From: Cystobasidiomycetes sp. EMM_F5
Taxonomy: Eukaryota
Length of the DNA: 64,000 bases
Assembly: GCA_051047955.1 (NCBI GenBank)
Contig: JBPGPT010000001.1
Span: forward strand, 1,116,001-1,180,000
Direction: 5' to 3'
The notes under the pieces were generated by a model. That model was not told the origin of the DNA. It did no database searches and saw nothing but the letters and a program-made list of their open reading frames with translations. Shown in pieces: positions 1-13,549 of this stretch. Each line of letters begins with the position of its first letter. Within the stretch, counting starts at the first letter, position 1. The position numbers and the translations under genes were made by a program.

Positions 1-2921
1 TACTGGCACCTGGACGGCGTGGGCTCCAAACTATTACGTCTCTTGCCTGCAGTCAAAAAGCAACACATACTGCGCATCGTCAAAGAAAGTGGACGCGATA
101 CCTGGTGCGTAGTGAATTGATATGCGTACAGTAATTACTGAAGTTCTCGTCTAGTCCCGGCAAATTTCCCCAGCATCTCTGTGGTCTTTTGTTTACGGGC
201 GATGCCGGCAAATACATCACGCTGTTTCCATCAGTCCGCACTGGCAGGGATGCAGAAACTTACTTGTTCAGCGCGACCGTCCCGCGATTGTCCGCTGCAC
301 ATGTTGAACGAGGCGGCTCTGCGGATGCATCCGACATACAAGAGATCAAGATTGAGATGACTGGCAATTGGCTTATTCGATGGACGGCAACCGATTCAGA
401 CTTACCTTTCGCGTTCATGCGTGCCTATCACCGCCAATTGGCTAACTATCTGCCTATCTACGAAATAGGCGCAGCTCGACTAGATGCCAAACATCTCATC
501 TCTGCACCGGGATACGTATATATTGCGGCGACTTTGCTCGAAGTCTGCGATGCTCTCATACATCGTCAGCTTCGTTCCGTAACCACTGTAAATATTGATT
601 CGATGAAGTCCGGGTCGTAGAATCTTACTTTGCATTGCCTAGATGGCACCACCGTCCACAGGTATCAACGCAAACGAGTCAGCGAATCTTCAAGCCGGGC
701 AGAAGCCCAAGGCATTGGAGGTCGTAAGTAAGCGAGTGGTACAAACAATATTTGAGGTCGTTGGAGGCTCGCTTCAAGGCGGCGCAGAAGACGCTTCTCC
801 GCAAGCTTATGCCTCCGCATCGTTGCGGCACAATTTCGGGTGCTCAGTCAAAATCTGGATTGCGGCAATAACAAAGCGAACGTCCATGTGGGACACCCGC
901 GGCATTTTCGCTCTTCTGGACCTCATCGAAGGTCTGATGTATAACATCTGTTCCCCACCGATTGAAGGGGTCGCGGCCGAGGAAGACGAAATCTGGAAGC
1001 CATCGGAGATCGGTCTTGCTCTCTTTGACACCTCGTTCATCCTATCTTTCATCAAGACTATTCTAGCGAAAGCCGATAATACCACATGTTTATTAAGAAC
1101 TATCAGCTTTCTTTATACGGAATTTGCATCGTACGTGCATCATTCTCAAGAGTTATTCAGTCTCACTTCTTCTGCTCAGATTCACTACAAGACCCGCCGA
1201 TCGCGAGTCACTGTGTGACAATATTATCCTGGCTCCCGAGGTGTTTGACCGCCTGTTTCTGTTTTACAATGTCGGAGTGCGAGGTGCGGTTCAGAGCCTG
1301 AAGGAGGTCGCTCGGATTGAGTGTATTTCTCTTTATAGGGTACTTTTTACGGCTCTTGGTATATCGGCTTGCTCGACTCGGAAGCGATGATGACAGCAGA
1401 AATGTAATATTACGTGATCCTTCGATATTCACTACGCTCCGCCTATTTGAGACACGCTTGCAGAATATCCGGGAACGTCACGAGTAGGTCGCCAGATGAG
1501 ACTCCTCAAGAAGCTGAATCGAAGCTAAGCCATCATCTATAGCGAACTAGACCCCTTAGACGACTATACAAGTGACTCGGAAGACGAATTTCGCCCAAGG
1601 CACATGAATCGATCGACCATTTGCTCTACGTGGGGCGTGAGAGACAAACCTTGGGTGATGGGTAGTCCAAGTCCTCGCTCTTCACTAGATCAAGTCAACG
1701 AGGATCAAAGCGCTGAGAATAGTCAATCTCAGCTAGTTGAAGCGATTGAGGAACGCAGTCGCGATGTCGCGGCTACTCCTTCTGCCACATCTCCCCTCAC
1801 GGATCCACCTCATGGAAAGGCTACGAAGCTGAATGCAGCAAAAAAGGTAGCTGGCGGATGGTGGTCCTCTCTGACTAGCAAGACACACCGCAAAGCAAGT
1901 CCACACAGCGGTCAGGAGATTCTGTCGTCACAGAGGCGCCTCGCACCGATTACAACGCAGTCTACCGAAACAGCCTCTGTTTTGCCGTCAGCTTCAGACT
2001 CACCTCTCCCGGTCACAAGCGATGTAAGGCAAGAGAAGACAGTCAGCCATGCAGTTCAAGCAGAAGCGCAAGGTCAAAGCGGGGAAGGTCCGAGCAGAGT
2101 CGTCGGAAATGCAGCGGAGTCACACAGGCGGTCATCACGCAGGTCTATCAGGAAGAGCACATCGGCGGTCACTTCTCCACACTCACGCCGCTCCTCCACC
2201 TACAGCTTTGACCTTTCAGTGGTGACACCGCGATCTGACGCTTTCGAATCGCCCCTCTCACCGACTGAGCTTGCTCGTCTTGCTGTACCCCCTCTGGGAA
2301 TGCTAAGTCTGTCCCCGGTGGTGTTCGGACAATTCATGGACACCGCATTTAATTCGGATACGGAGGGTGCTCTCGCGTTCAGTCCGCGCCAAGTTCGCCC
2401 AGATCAGCGCCGCCGAAAGAGCAACAGCTCCAATCGTCCATCTCGACCGGTGAGCGCTCTCTCGGACCGACCCGGACCATCACCCCGCGTGTCGAAGCGC
2501 TTCAGCAAGCGCGCGTCACTGTTACCGCCGCCAGCACTCGACTTGTTGAAGGAGAGTCCTTCCGAGCCGGTACCAAAGATTCCAGAACATTTTAAAACGC
2601 CTACAACTGGGAATGGATCATCACACCTAATACCGCCCGCAAGTGCGGCTGCGGCCGTTGCGCAGACTTTAGCATCAACGACTTCTGAACCCTACGACGT
2701 TAAAAGTCATCCATACGCAGTACGAGGTCTACGCGAGTACGAGGATTGTCTCGATGAATGGGAACTTTTCGTGGTCCGTGCGCAAGAGGAGGAAGGCGCC
2801 GAAGGGAAGGAGTTGTAGGTTCATCTGTCACTTGTTCTCGGTCGATAGCTAATGGCTGTCGTACAGGGCCAGCCTAATACCTCGATTGTCAACTGCTTGG
2901 CCGTCGACTTGGGAGGACTAA
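1..2921 (+). CDS. 5'-truncated multi-exon gene, DUF1765/UPF0592-like fungal protein with Ser/Arg-rich C-terminal half
   Basis: ORFs 189-620, 643-1218 and 1604-2818 are joined by GT-AG introns. The last intron ends at 2866 and the final exon reads ASLIPRLSTAWPSTWED* (TAA 2919-2921). Helical segments FDTSFILSFIKTIL..LRTISFLY and C-terminal LREYEDCLDEW resemble DUF1765 proteins from memory. Confidence 0.55.
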
Positions 2922-3185
2922 GCTTGCTGAGCGGATCTGTGATCAGCAGAATCGAAACTCCCAGAAAGCGTGTATTGAATCATACGCCGGTTACCAGTTG
3001 CAGTATAGAACGTCGTCTGTATACGTACATGCATATGATGCTGTGATTTTGCGAAGCTATTTACAGAGCTAGACCCAAGTATACAGGATGAATGATGCGA
3101 AGAGTGGTCGCTGATTGAATATACGCGGTAAGGATTTCAGAACAACGCAGCATGTGGGCTGATTGACCTCTGGCTGCGGTATATA

Positions 3186-5368
3186 TTAAGCTGCGTCAAA
3201 GGCCACCAGTTCGTGGCGCTTGCCCGGCTTCGAGCATGGCTCTTTTGCGTCCTCTGGACTCATTTTTTTCGCTGCTGATGTCTTCGCCCGATGACCTATC
3301 GTTTCCGTCTGCACTGGAATCCTGAACTGTGACTCCAACTTCATCCTGCTTGGAATCGCGGACACTTGGCAAATAGTTGCCCTCTGATGAATTCGAAAAT
3401 TAGCAGAACATTTGATGAAACAAATGCGGTCGACTTACCGAGGTCTCTTCTGTCACCGGATGCAACAAAATCATACGCAAATTCTGAGAATTGGTTATCA
3501 GCCAGCTGTAGCAGAATTCCTGTATGCGATTGGCATTACCTCCGCATTCGACTTCGTCAAGTCCGCAAGTCTCGCCATCGTCCGTCGTACGGAATTGGCA
3601 GTAAGGGATGTGGTCAATGACGAACATAATGACGAAAGTTCCAACTGCAGTCCAGGCAGTTGCGAAGGCGATCCAAGCGAGCTGATACGGTACCTGCATC
3701 CAATGTCGGTCAAGCCAGCCACCTTCAATAACCAAGAAACCATCATTAGCGGCAACGCTAGACTGTGCGAAGATGCCCGTGAGGAGAAGACCAATCATTC
3801 CGCTGATGCCGTGGCATGAGAAGATGTCGAGCGTGTCGTCGAATTTGAACCAGATCTTTAGTCGCGTAAGAAGATTGGAGACAGCTGCTGCTACAGCTCC
3901 AATGAGGATGGACGCAGGTACTCCAACAAAACCAGCAGCTGGTGTGATGGCGACAAGGCCACTGATGAGACCCGTGCAGAATCCTACTACTGACCAACGA
4001 TGGAAGTGGCGCCAGTCCATGATCATCCAGACGACTCCTCCAAACACTCCCGCCATGAGCGTTGTGGTCACAGCCATTCCGGCTTTCAAGTTTGCTGCGA
4101 AGGTCGAGCCTCCATTGAATCCGCACCAACCGAAGACGAGGAGAACAGTGCCAAGGAAGACATGCGCTACCGAATGTGGAGCGTACTGAAGGCGATCTGT
4201 GCCCCAATGCTTGCGTTTGCCAAGATACAATGAGTATACGAGGCCTGTCACACCCGATGCAATTTCAACGGGACCCCCGCCAGCGTAATCGAGGACGCCA
4301 AGCTTGAAAGCCCATCCGTTGGCTTCAAATGAATTCATCATTAGCAATGGCAGGCAACCGATGTCAGACACGCCAAAATAACTTACGATTCCATACATCG
4401 TATGCAATGACATTGTAGACTAGCGTGCCCCAGACAAAGGTGAACGGGATCATCGGCCAAATTCGGCCACGCTCACAGGCAGCCCCGATAGCGATGGCGG
4501 GAACGAGCGCAGCAAATTGCTGCTCGTACACAGCGTACACAATAGCAGGAAGCTTGTTGTTCGCCGCGGCAGCAGGTTCGCCCAAGACTCCCCTGAAGCC
4601 GAAATACTTGAGGTTTCCAAAGAATGGTCCGCCAGTTTCAGTGAACGTGAGTGAGTAGCCCCAGAAGCTGCAAAACGCGACAAGGGCTCCTCAGCATTCC
4701 ACTGTTAAAGTCCGCTTGTAGTGACATACAACCACTCAAAGTAGATTACTGCCAGCGTAAGCATTGTTGCAATAAGCATATCTTCGACAGTGTTTCGGGT
4801 CAGAATTCTGATTTCGCTGCGTGTCTATTGCGACTCACGCAAAGCATTCTTTCGCCGGACCAAGCCAGAGTAACTGTAGGGAGTCGGCCGTCAGCTCGAG
4901 GAGGTTCTCAATCCTCGCGGTAGCCGTACAGATAACCAAGACCCGGAATCATGAGGAAGACTGGATGACCACATCAGTCAGTCTACTTCGGCTGCATGAT
5001 TGTCAGACCTCACCTAAAGCCGTGCATGTCACTGTAACCATGCGTGATGTAGAATTTAGCATTGAATAACAATTCGCATGCCCCTAGAGCATGAATACTG
5101 ACGGATCCACGCGATGTCGCCGGGGTTATAAGAAGCTATTATTGTTGCATCGTCATTTGTCCAGATAATATCGCTCCCTGTAAAGCCGGGAATCATCAGT
5201 CACCATGCTTCTGGCAGAAATTTCTGCAGTAAGCTCACCGGGGAGGATGAGACCCTCTGCCGGAGTTGTGGGACCCGAAGAGTTCAATATACCATAACTG
5301 ACAGTGGTCGTCGTTAAAACACGTCGCGCCGCTCTGAGGAAGAAAATTACTCACGTCAAATTGACCAT
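3186..5368 (-). CDS. MEP: Ammonium transporter (Amt/Mep family), many exons
   Basis: Spliced product: [105 protein letters not shown]. These are all Amt/Mep motifs. Confidence 0.95.
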
Positions 5369-5910
5369 GATTGCTTCGTATGTGAGACGCTATGACACGT
5401 CTGTGCACCTCTCGTACACCGCAGGAGCAGAAATGCCTGAGGTTGGCTCCAAAAGGATGCGGGTGTCCGCAAATCTTTCCGGCGACAAAATGTTTTCCAC
5501 CTAGTCTGATCCGGCCAGCTGAAGACGCCAGCCCGACAGATGTCAGAACTTGCTGAGAGTCTTGTCGAAGGTTTCCGTCAGCAAGATTGCAGCTTTGCCA
5601 GGGTGTGTTTGGAAATTGGAGACTACTTACAAGCCCCGTTACGCTTGGACCTCATCCCCGCCATCATTCTCGGGCTAACCCGCGGGTCAAATCCGGGTGG
5701 CAAAATTCTCAGAGCTGCCTGTCGCAAGACTCTGTTGGATGGACGCCTATCTGTTACCTTCACATTGGAACGTTCTACAGGCTAGATATGATATGCTGAT
5801 TGAATCTATGTACTGGTTAATGTGGAGAAGAGCGCTGGGTTGTTACGAGGTGTACAGCGTACGAGGCATCCTGGCGGAGGCACGATGACACGTATAGCCA
5901 AGCTTGTATG

Positions 5911-7548
5911 TCATATCATGGAAGGACCCCTTCCAAAGTAGTGTTCGTTCACCGGTCTGCCGGTACGAGAGGGAGGCCGGGACGGCGCGCGACTCTGTGA
6001 CCTTGAAGCGGGTTGACTGACAGTCGGCGTATGCGACGGACTTCGCCCAGGCCAGGGCGAGCGTGAGCGTGACCTAGATCGCAAGTCGCTTTCAAGGTCG
6101 TTTCCATATTCGTCGTCATCCTTCCATTGGTCGTTGCGACCACGAGTGACGGTTCCGAACCGGCTTGCGGCTCCCAAGCTTTCCAAGTCACTGCCGTAGA
6201 GGCGTATCATCTCGTCTTCTGCAGCTGCTTGGGATACTCTACAGAGGCACTTGGTCTTGTGCCCTTGCAATCTCTGTGCGGCCTGTTCTATTGGATCCTC
6301 CTTGCTGTACGAGGGTAGTTGCAGATTACCAATCATGCAATCGCACGAGGATAGCTTGCAAGGATGACTTATTTTCATCTCCTTCATGTTCTCTTGCACT
6401 ACAGCTGGGCCTTTGCCCTTGGCGTCCGGCAACGGTGTGAAGCGAATGATAGTTTGAAGGGCATGGCTGACTCGGATACCAGTATTTGACCATTCGTTCG
6501 AAGACGGCCGCACCGTGTCATCGTCTGCGAGTTTCATCTGCCGAACGAGGTGATATTCTTCCTCCGGTTCAATGATGGTTCCTTTCTCGTTCTTGGCCAT
6601 GCTCCACAACAGGATCGGCTTGGCTCGAGCTTGCTCCGAGCGCTCTGGATCCTTCAGGCTCTGTAGGCGAATGTCTTGTCGCAGAATGACGCAGATGTCG
6701 TCTAGTCGACATCGTTGCGCTACTCCAGGTAGCGACAACGACATTCGCAAATAACCTGCAATCAGGAAGAAACGAGAGAACAAATGCATCTGCGATTGCG
6801 ATTGCCGTGTCAGTGTTACTTGTATACGCTAGCCATCATTTGCTCGAAGCGTACTCTGAGCGGCCCAAGAACTTCGTGGGTAGTTTCAGTTTCGGAGGAG
6901 AAGCCTTGCGCGGCTTGTCCAGGATCGTTGGAGTTGCAGACTGGGTACCTATCAGTTTGCTTTGTGAAAGAAGGAGAGACAAAAATGTAACACTACCTAA
7001 GCCAATCTCGTCAGACGTTGCTGTGAGATCAGCGCCCAATCTTCCGAGTCCTTGCGCAGTTGCATACACCTTGTGATAGGTTCTGCCATAGTCGGCACGC
7101 TCATACGGCTGTAGAAGCGTGCATGTCAGTGTACAGAATGAATGCAAGCGCCTTCGCTACCCACAGCAGTATTGGCGGGGACGATGAAGGACCATGCGAA
7201 TTCATGGGTTCCGGCTGGGAGCTCTGATCCATACTCGTTGGCCAAGTCGAGTGTAAGCTTCTTGCGGAACGTATCGTATTGTTCGTATTTCTTGAGTAGA
7301 AACATGTTTTGGCGACCAACCTTATCATTTTGTAAGACAAGTTTCCCCCTTCAAGGGCAATCTGTAACAAAGTCACCGACCAGTTCTACATCAAGCTTCT
7401 TTACCTTCCTCGCGGAAGGCAGCGTTAGCTCGACAGTCCCGTCGACTATCGTATCTTGGGAAGGTTCGGTCGGGGGTCCGGGCAGCAGGAAGAACAAGTC
7501 TGTTTTAATCTTGACGCGCAGCTCCGCAGAGCCAAACATCTTGGACAT
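5911..7548 (-). CDS. Alpha-arrestin (arrestin N/C domains, LPSY PY-like motif, RS-rich tail)
   Basis: N-terminal GTVELTLPSARKVKKLDVEL, then LPAGTHEFAWSFIVPANTA PYERADYGRTYHKVYA, IRVSHALQTIIRF and LPSY. Canonical introns. Confidence 0.75.
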
Positions 7549-7682
7549 GTTGGCGGACTATTGAGCATATGGAGTTGTGCTCGCTGTTGCGCATAGGGGC
7601 AACCTCCTTTCTCCGTTGTCTGCAGCAAAGATGCTGTAAAATTGCACGTGCAAGACTGGCTCTGACAGCTACCAAGTTTAGG

Positions 7683-8383
7683 ATGGCTGTAACGATGGCT
7701 GCAGCACTAGCAGAGCAGCTGCAGAATCCTACAAACGTCTTCCTGCTCGCTGTGCTGGTGTATCTCCTGTACCCCATACTGACGGCCTCCAACAAGCTGC
7801 CAACGAGCACCAGCAAGGTCCCCAAGTCGCACCTCGAGTCGTACTCGTGGATGCCAGAGAAGCACCCGGAGTCTATCGTTTGGCGGTCATATACTCCTCG
7901 CCAGCTCCGCGCTTTTGACGGTACAGCTGGACCGCACGCGCCCATCCTGTTTGCGATTCGCGGCAAGATATACGATGTCACTTCAGGTCGAGGCTTCTAC
8001 GGCCCAGGCGGGCCCTATGGTAAGGCCAGGCAATTCTTCGCTCTACGTGATATCGCTGAGCGTCCACCATATCGGCCTTAGGTAATTTTGCTGGAAGAGA
8101 CGCTTCGCGCGGACTGGCCAAGCAAAGCTTCGAGATAGTACGCCGCAAAATGCAGCTTCAGCAGGTCTTCGTTACTGACTACAGTTCCACAGGATATGCT
8201 CACGCCGATAGACGCTCCTATTGACACCTTGTCGGACTTGACGGAGATGGAATGGGCAAATCTTCGCGAGTGGTATGTCACCGACAGGACATGAGAGTTG
8301 CGTGGTTTCTGAATGCCATCGTTAGGGAAATGCACTTTCTCAATAAATACTTTCAATGTGGAGATTTCGTGGAAGAATCATAG
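7683..8383 (+). CDS. DAP1: Membrane-associated cytochrome b5-like heme/steroid-binding protein (Dap1/PGRMC family)
   Basis: N-terminal TM helix, then [51 protein letters not shown] and WEMHFLNKY. Three introns. Start is ATG 7683 or 7695. Confidence 0.9.
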
Positions 8384-8425
8384 CTTGCAATTGAGCTCTC
8401 AGGGCGGAATGCCAGGTGGAATAAC

Positions 8426-8455
8426 GTGCAGTGCAGTGCAGTGCAGTGCAGTGCA
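8426..8455. repeat. (GTGCA)6 pentanucleotide microsatellite
   Basis: Six perfect GTGCA units between the convergent 3' ends of DAP1 and the bZIP gene. Confidence 0.95.
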
Positions 8456-8654
8456 AAAGGAACTGTGTATAAAGACCTTATGATAACTAGTGTCCCCGGA
8501 TTGCACAAAGTCTGCACTACCCGCAGGCATGTGACAATGTCAACAGATACTACCCTATCAACATGTAAATATGGACACTAGCAAGGATTTCTACTCGATA
8601 CAGAGGCTATACACAAGTGCGAAAGAACTCGAGTTAATTTCAGTTCAATTTGCA

Positions 8655-10036
8655 TTAGAATGCCTGAGAGAAGAGTGAGATCATAATCAGCAAGAGCGCT
8701 TGCTTGAACTAGATTATACCGTACCTCCGTCCCCATGCCTGTATTGCCAGTTTGACCACCGCTCATCTTGATACCACTGGAATGCGTACTCGCAACGACC
8801 TCCTTGACGGGTGAAGGGTCGATACGTGCGCTCGAATCCCCTCCCACTTTTCGGATTACAAGATCCCGCAGAAATCCATTCTCTACGCGTGCCGCCTCTA
8901 GTTCCTTTTCAAGTCGCTCCAACTTGTTGGTCAATTCGGTAATTTGTGCTTCCAAGCCCGCCTCGCGCTGCTTCTTCTTGACCCTGAATCGAGCTATGGG
9001 CAGCCAGTTAGTATGGCATTTGGTGGAATGGTATAGAGAGTAAGCTGGACATACCACTGGCAGCAGTGTTACGTCTGCGCTTATCATCCTCTACAGCGAT
9101 ACGCTCCAATTCTGCTGTTCTAGCCGCCTCCTCTTCCGCAGTCAATGCTGCACTGGCTTGTGCTTTTAGCTCGGCAGCTTGAGCAGCCAGGATCGCTGCT
9201 TTTGTCAGCAAGGGCTGCTTCCCAGGAAGGCGTAATGCCTTTCCTGCTGGCGTCGTCTCAGCCGAAGGAGTAGAGGGGCTCTCGACAGAAATGAGAGAAG
9301 CAGGCGTAGGGAGCGGGGCTGCAATCGGGGTTGACGCACTACTGCCACTAGAACGAGCAAGCGTGGGTTTAGAGAGGCTGGTCTCTAATGATGAGGTCCG
9401 ACGTTGTTTCTTGGTCGCGGGAGCTTCAGCCGTCACTTCCGGGGCAACGTGATTGGGCGTGCCTGCGATGCTAGGAACAGCAATGTTTGACTGGGCTGGA
9501 CTTGCAAAGAGGGTATGCGAGCCATCGGGAGCTGTTAGGATGGCGCTGTTGCTCAGAAGACCAGAATTGCCGAGACCAAAGGAGAATGGACTATGGTCGA
9601 AGGCTGGCGAAGTAGAGATACCAGCTGGGTTGTGGGATACGGTCGGGGCGAAAGCATTGAAGCTGCGTTCGAGGCCATATTGCTGAGCACTGCTGTGACC
9701 AGACAGTCCAAACTGCCCAAAAGGTCTCTTTGCATACGGTGACGGATCGGGTTTTGCGCTGCTTGGATTCAGCAGATCGTCGAGGCCGTTGTCCTTTGAA
9801 AAGTCAAACAAGCTCGAGTTGAGGTTGTCTGGACTGTCGCTAGACACGCTGTTGCTGTGGTCGAAGCCAAAGGAGACTGTCGTCCACTGGGCGAGCTGAG
9901 CCCGCAGTTCGTCCGACAGGACTGCTCCGTCGATTCCACCATCGGGAAGGATGGGCTGGCCTGCGATACCGTTTGGTGGGGACGGCCCTTCGGATCCCGG
10001 GAGCTCGTTGAGGTAGTTGATCCACGAGTTTGCCAT
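8655..10036 (-). CDS. bZIP transcription factor, MetR/CYS-3/Zip1 sulfur-regulator type
   Basis: Spliced basic region DKRRRNTAASARFRVKKKQRE plus leucine zipper (LEAQITELTNKLERLEKELEAARVENGFLRDL). N-terminal QLAQWTTVSFGFD motif. Last exon is GCA TTC TAA. Confidence 0.85.
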
Positions 10037-10624
10037 TGTATGACTGCTGGTGCTGCTGCTGGCTAGCGAGTGTCTGGCGACTGTAGCCTCGGCTGTTCCG
10101 ACGGCACCCGATCCTGCACCAACCAGTCTCCCACTGTCTCCCTCCTACTGCGCGGCCGTCTCTACGACTCTCCGTACACCGTGCGAGCCGCTGTCGCGTT
10201 CAGAATTGCAGCTTGTCCGATTTTCGTCTTGTCGGAACAGACGGGCAAAAGTGCGGCCGCTGACTGAGCATTTTCTCGATCATGCCCTATAAGGGCTTTC
10301 AGGACTGAACAGTAGCTGGACATTCGTGAAGGTCATGCAGATGTAGGATTGTGCTAATGGCTGCGAGCTCACAACATGTTCAAACACGAGTCGGAAGGTC
10401 GAAATTGAGTTTGGGCTGCAAGAACTGTACAGTTTGCCGTATGTCGACACGTGCCGCGAATTGTCGCGACTTGTCGCTGTTTTAAAGATATAACGCTGCG
10501 CTGCTCTGAGCTTGCGTCCGCTGCATTCACACCTTCTCACTACACCATACTTGTACACTACAAAGCTTCCGCAATCCTGGCGAGCACGGCCACGCAGCGT
10601 CTGGCCGCGATAACCGGTCAGATC

Positions 10625-11719
10625 ATGTCATCAGCAGACTCTGGCGAGAAGGCAGAAGCACCGCTTCCTCGCGCTCAAGATGTTCATATAATCGTATGCG
10701 GTAAGAGAGACACATCCCAGCTGACTGTGGTGATGATAGGCTGATTGGTCTGTAATTTACTGATCTTGTACGCGTGGTAATGTCCGACTGTCCGATCGCC
10801 TCTTGCAGACGTCGACGGGACGCTCAACACTACAAAACATGTTATCCATCCACGTACTGTCGATGCGATCAAGCATATCAGAAAAGTACAAAGGACCAGC
10901 TCCGTGAATGTAAAATCGCTACTAATGTGCAATGTTGACAGACACGACCAGAGCTCCCGATAGTGGTATCTAGCGGAAAGCAATACATCTCCTGCAGCAC
11001 GATACGTGAGCAGCTTGATCTGGACGAGTTCCCCGCCAGCCATGCGCACGGAGCGATAGTGTACGGTCCGAGAGGGAGGATTGTACATATGCACAGTCTG
11101 CCAACGGAGACTGTCCTTTCTGTGTGCGAATACACGCGCAGGCGGAACCTCGCTACATTCATCTTTACCGAGTCCGAGTGCCTGCTTGTCAATAGAGAGG
11201 AGGACGGCAAGGACTGGGCAAAGATTGGCAGTAAATACGACAGTAACGTCGAAGATATGGTGGACAGGCGTGAGGAAATACTCGAGACCATCAAGCAAGG
11301 TCGGAGAAAGGTCGTTAAATTCTCAATATGCACCGAACCGGAACGAATGAGCGGTAAGCAAGCGTCTTAACCTACTTACATCGACCATTCTAACGTTTTC
11401 ATCAGGTTTGATGATCAACTTGGCGAGTCAATTTCCCGGCGTAGGGCTGACTCGAGCAATTCCATTCATACTGGAACTGCACGATCCGCACATCAATAAA
11501 GGCACTTCTCTTACTCACATTTGCAACGATCTAGGTATCGAGCCAAAGAATGCCATCACTTTTGGAGACGGAGAGAATGACGTTTCAATGTTTCGCGTTG
11601 CACAATGGAGCGTAGCCATGGGAAATGCTATGCAGGCGGCAAAGGACGCAGCGACTTATATCGGTCAGACCAACGATGAAGGCGGAGTAGGAGTATTCCT
11701 AGACCGTGTCTTTAGGTGA
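10625..11719 (+). CDS. Cof-type HAD-superfamily hydrolase (subclass IIB)
   Basis: Motif I IVC|DVDGTL, motif II SSGK, INKGTSL, motif IV FGDGENDVSMF, and VAMGNA..NDEGGV. Three introns. Confidence 0.9.
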
Positions 11720-11870
11720 TGGATGCGAAGCCACTCGTCGTCACTCTTAGCTGCCCCTCTTAGTATGATAGTATTATGTGAGCTTCGTGTATCCTGTATA
11801 TTACGACGACACCGTTATCCAAGCAGTACATTTTTGCATACAACGACATTAACGTTGTATCAGAATCTGC

Positions 11871-13422
11871 TCATTCTCCTCTCAAAGCTTCGGCCGCCTC
11901 TTCTACGACTTTGCCGGTATCTCGCTGGGAGCCCTCTCCGCGAGCCACTTCGGTTGCGACCACTTCGTGCCCAGCAGTACTTGGGCCTGCACCATCATCA
12001 ATTGCCACTTTTTCGAGAATCAGCGGGTAGATTTCTAGTATGGTTCGCGTCTCATCCTTGCTTGATGACGGGAAGGCCGAAGGTAATCGTACAAGGCGCG
12101 GTCCACCGACGACTCGCAGGCATGGCTCACGTCCTGCATACCACCCTCTGTCGACAAGAGTGACGTGTTCCAGATCTTCCTTCAGCTTCTGCCAACGCTT
12201 CTTCTTCCATCCTTTCGGTCCCGGCCCCTTTGTGTCAAGTAAAACGGCCAATCCCTCCAGCTCAAAATTAACGTCCGTCACATCATGAACAGCAACGGGC
12301 TGTTCGGGCATCTCAATCAGTTTTGGCTCCCCACCACGAGACTTCCATTCGTCCAGGAAACCTTGTACTCCCCCCTTTTCTCGTAAACGATCAATGACGC
12401 TCCCCGCGAATTTTTGTGCGTCAGCGGCTTGGGCTTTAGCTGCACTGACGGCCTTGCTGCGATATTTTGACGCAAAAGGTAGCTTGTTTGCAACTCCTAA
12501 ACCGGTGGCGATGCTCGAGAATGCGGCCGTCACACCTTCGACCGCGGTGGTCACTAAGGCAGTGATGGAAGCTGTCCCGGTAACAATGGCGACGATAGGT
12601 ATGGCTGCTAGAGAGATAGCTGCTGCAGAGGGACCGGCTACGAGCATCTGCATGGAACCGCAAGGTAAGCCAGCTGCATAACGTAGCTGTTATATGCAAC
12701 CACATACGATGGGCCAGGCTATGTTACGCAATGTTAGCTGTATTCGGGACGCTCATTGAATGAGTATGGAATGGGCAACTTACCAACGCTCCACTTGTTG
12801 TATTCGCTTGCCGGTCCTAGATGTAACCTGATCTCAATTGTGAACCAGACTTTGCCGGTCTGCCTCGAAAAGACTTCCCCTGGCTTGACGACATCGTAGT
12901 AGATTGGACCGACTGATAACGAGAGGGCTCAGCATCAGTCTGACACGCCTACAGTTGGGTGGGACACGACTGCACCATGATTTAAGCTAATATTGAGAGG
13001 CAAGCCGGTTGCGTTCTCTATTTTCAATGGTGCGTCAGCTATCATGAGGCTAAAGTGAAGTGTCTTTGCGCACCAATGTCAAATTGGCCAACGGGTATCT
13101 TTGACGTCAGTTGTTCCTTGTAACGGACGAAACTGGGCTTTCTTGACATTTCGTTCGACGAAGCTTCCGCCTCGACTGCTGAAAGCTGGTCTCTGGCATC
13201 CTTGTTCGGCTTAACGAGTTCTGCCGTCGCTGCACTGTCTTTATTTTCTGGAGGGTATTGGTGTTGTTTCACGCTGTCCGACGCTGCATCCGTAGGCTCT
13301 ACCTGTGCGACAGCGGGCGAAGAGGTTGCCGGGACAGTCCCCGTCTTTGTATCGTCATCCTTGCTAGTGCTGGCCTTGTTGCGTTTGTCTAGGTAGCCCG
13401 ATATCGTGTCACGCCAGGACAT
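11871..13422 (-). CDS. Hypothetical protein with a central hydrophobic (1-2 TM) segment
   Basis: Exons run from MSWRDTISGYLDKR through LKIENATGLPLNISLNH and GPIYYDVVKPGEVF..WFTIEIR to the Ala/Ile-rich segment of ORF 11871-12653. Canonical splice sites. No family recognised. Confidence 0.7.
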
Positions 13423-13549
13423 GCTCGATTGGAAGTCGTTAAGTAGAGAAACGCAGTCCTGCAATCAAGCTGGTTGACTTTGCATATCTGACTGCGCACA
13501 AGGACACTTCACACCCTGACACGCGACTCTCATACACTGCTGCCTCACC

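Noticed and set aside
5141..5150. Apparent 1-nt frameshift in the ammonium transporter N-terminus (WTNDD to NNNSFYNPGD), suggesting a pseudogene
   Set aside because: The printed block at this spot (ttgttgcat) has only 9 bases. Restoring one C gives GAT GGC AAC in frame, so it is most likely a display artefact.
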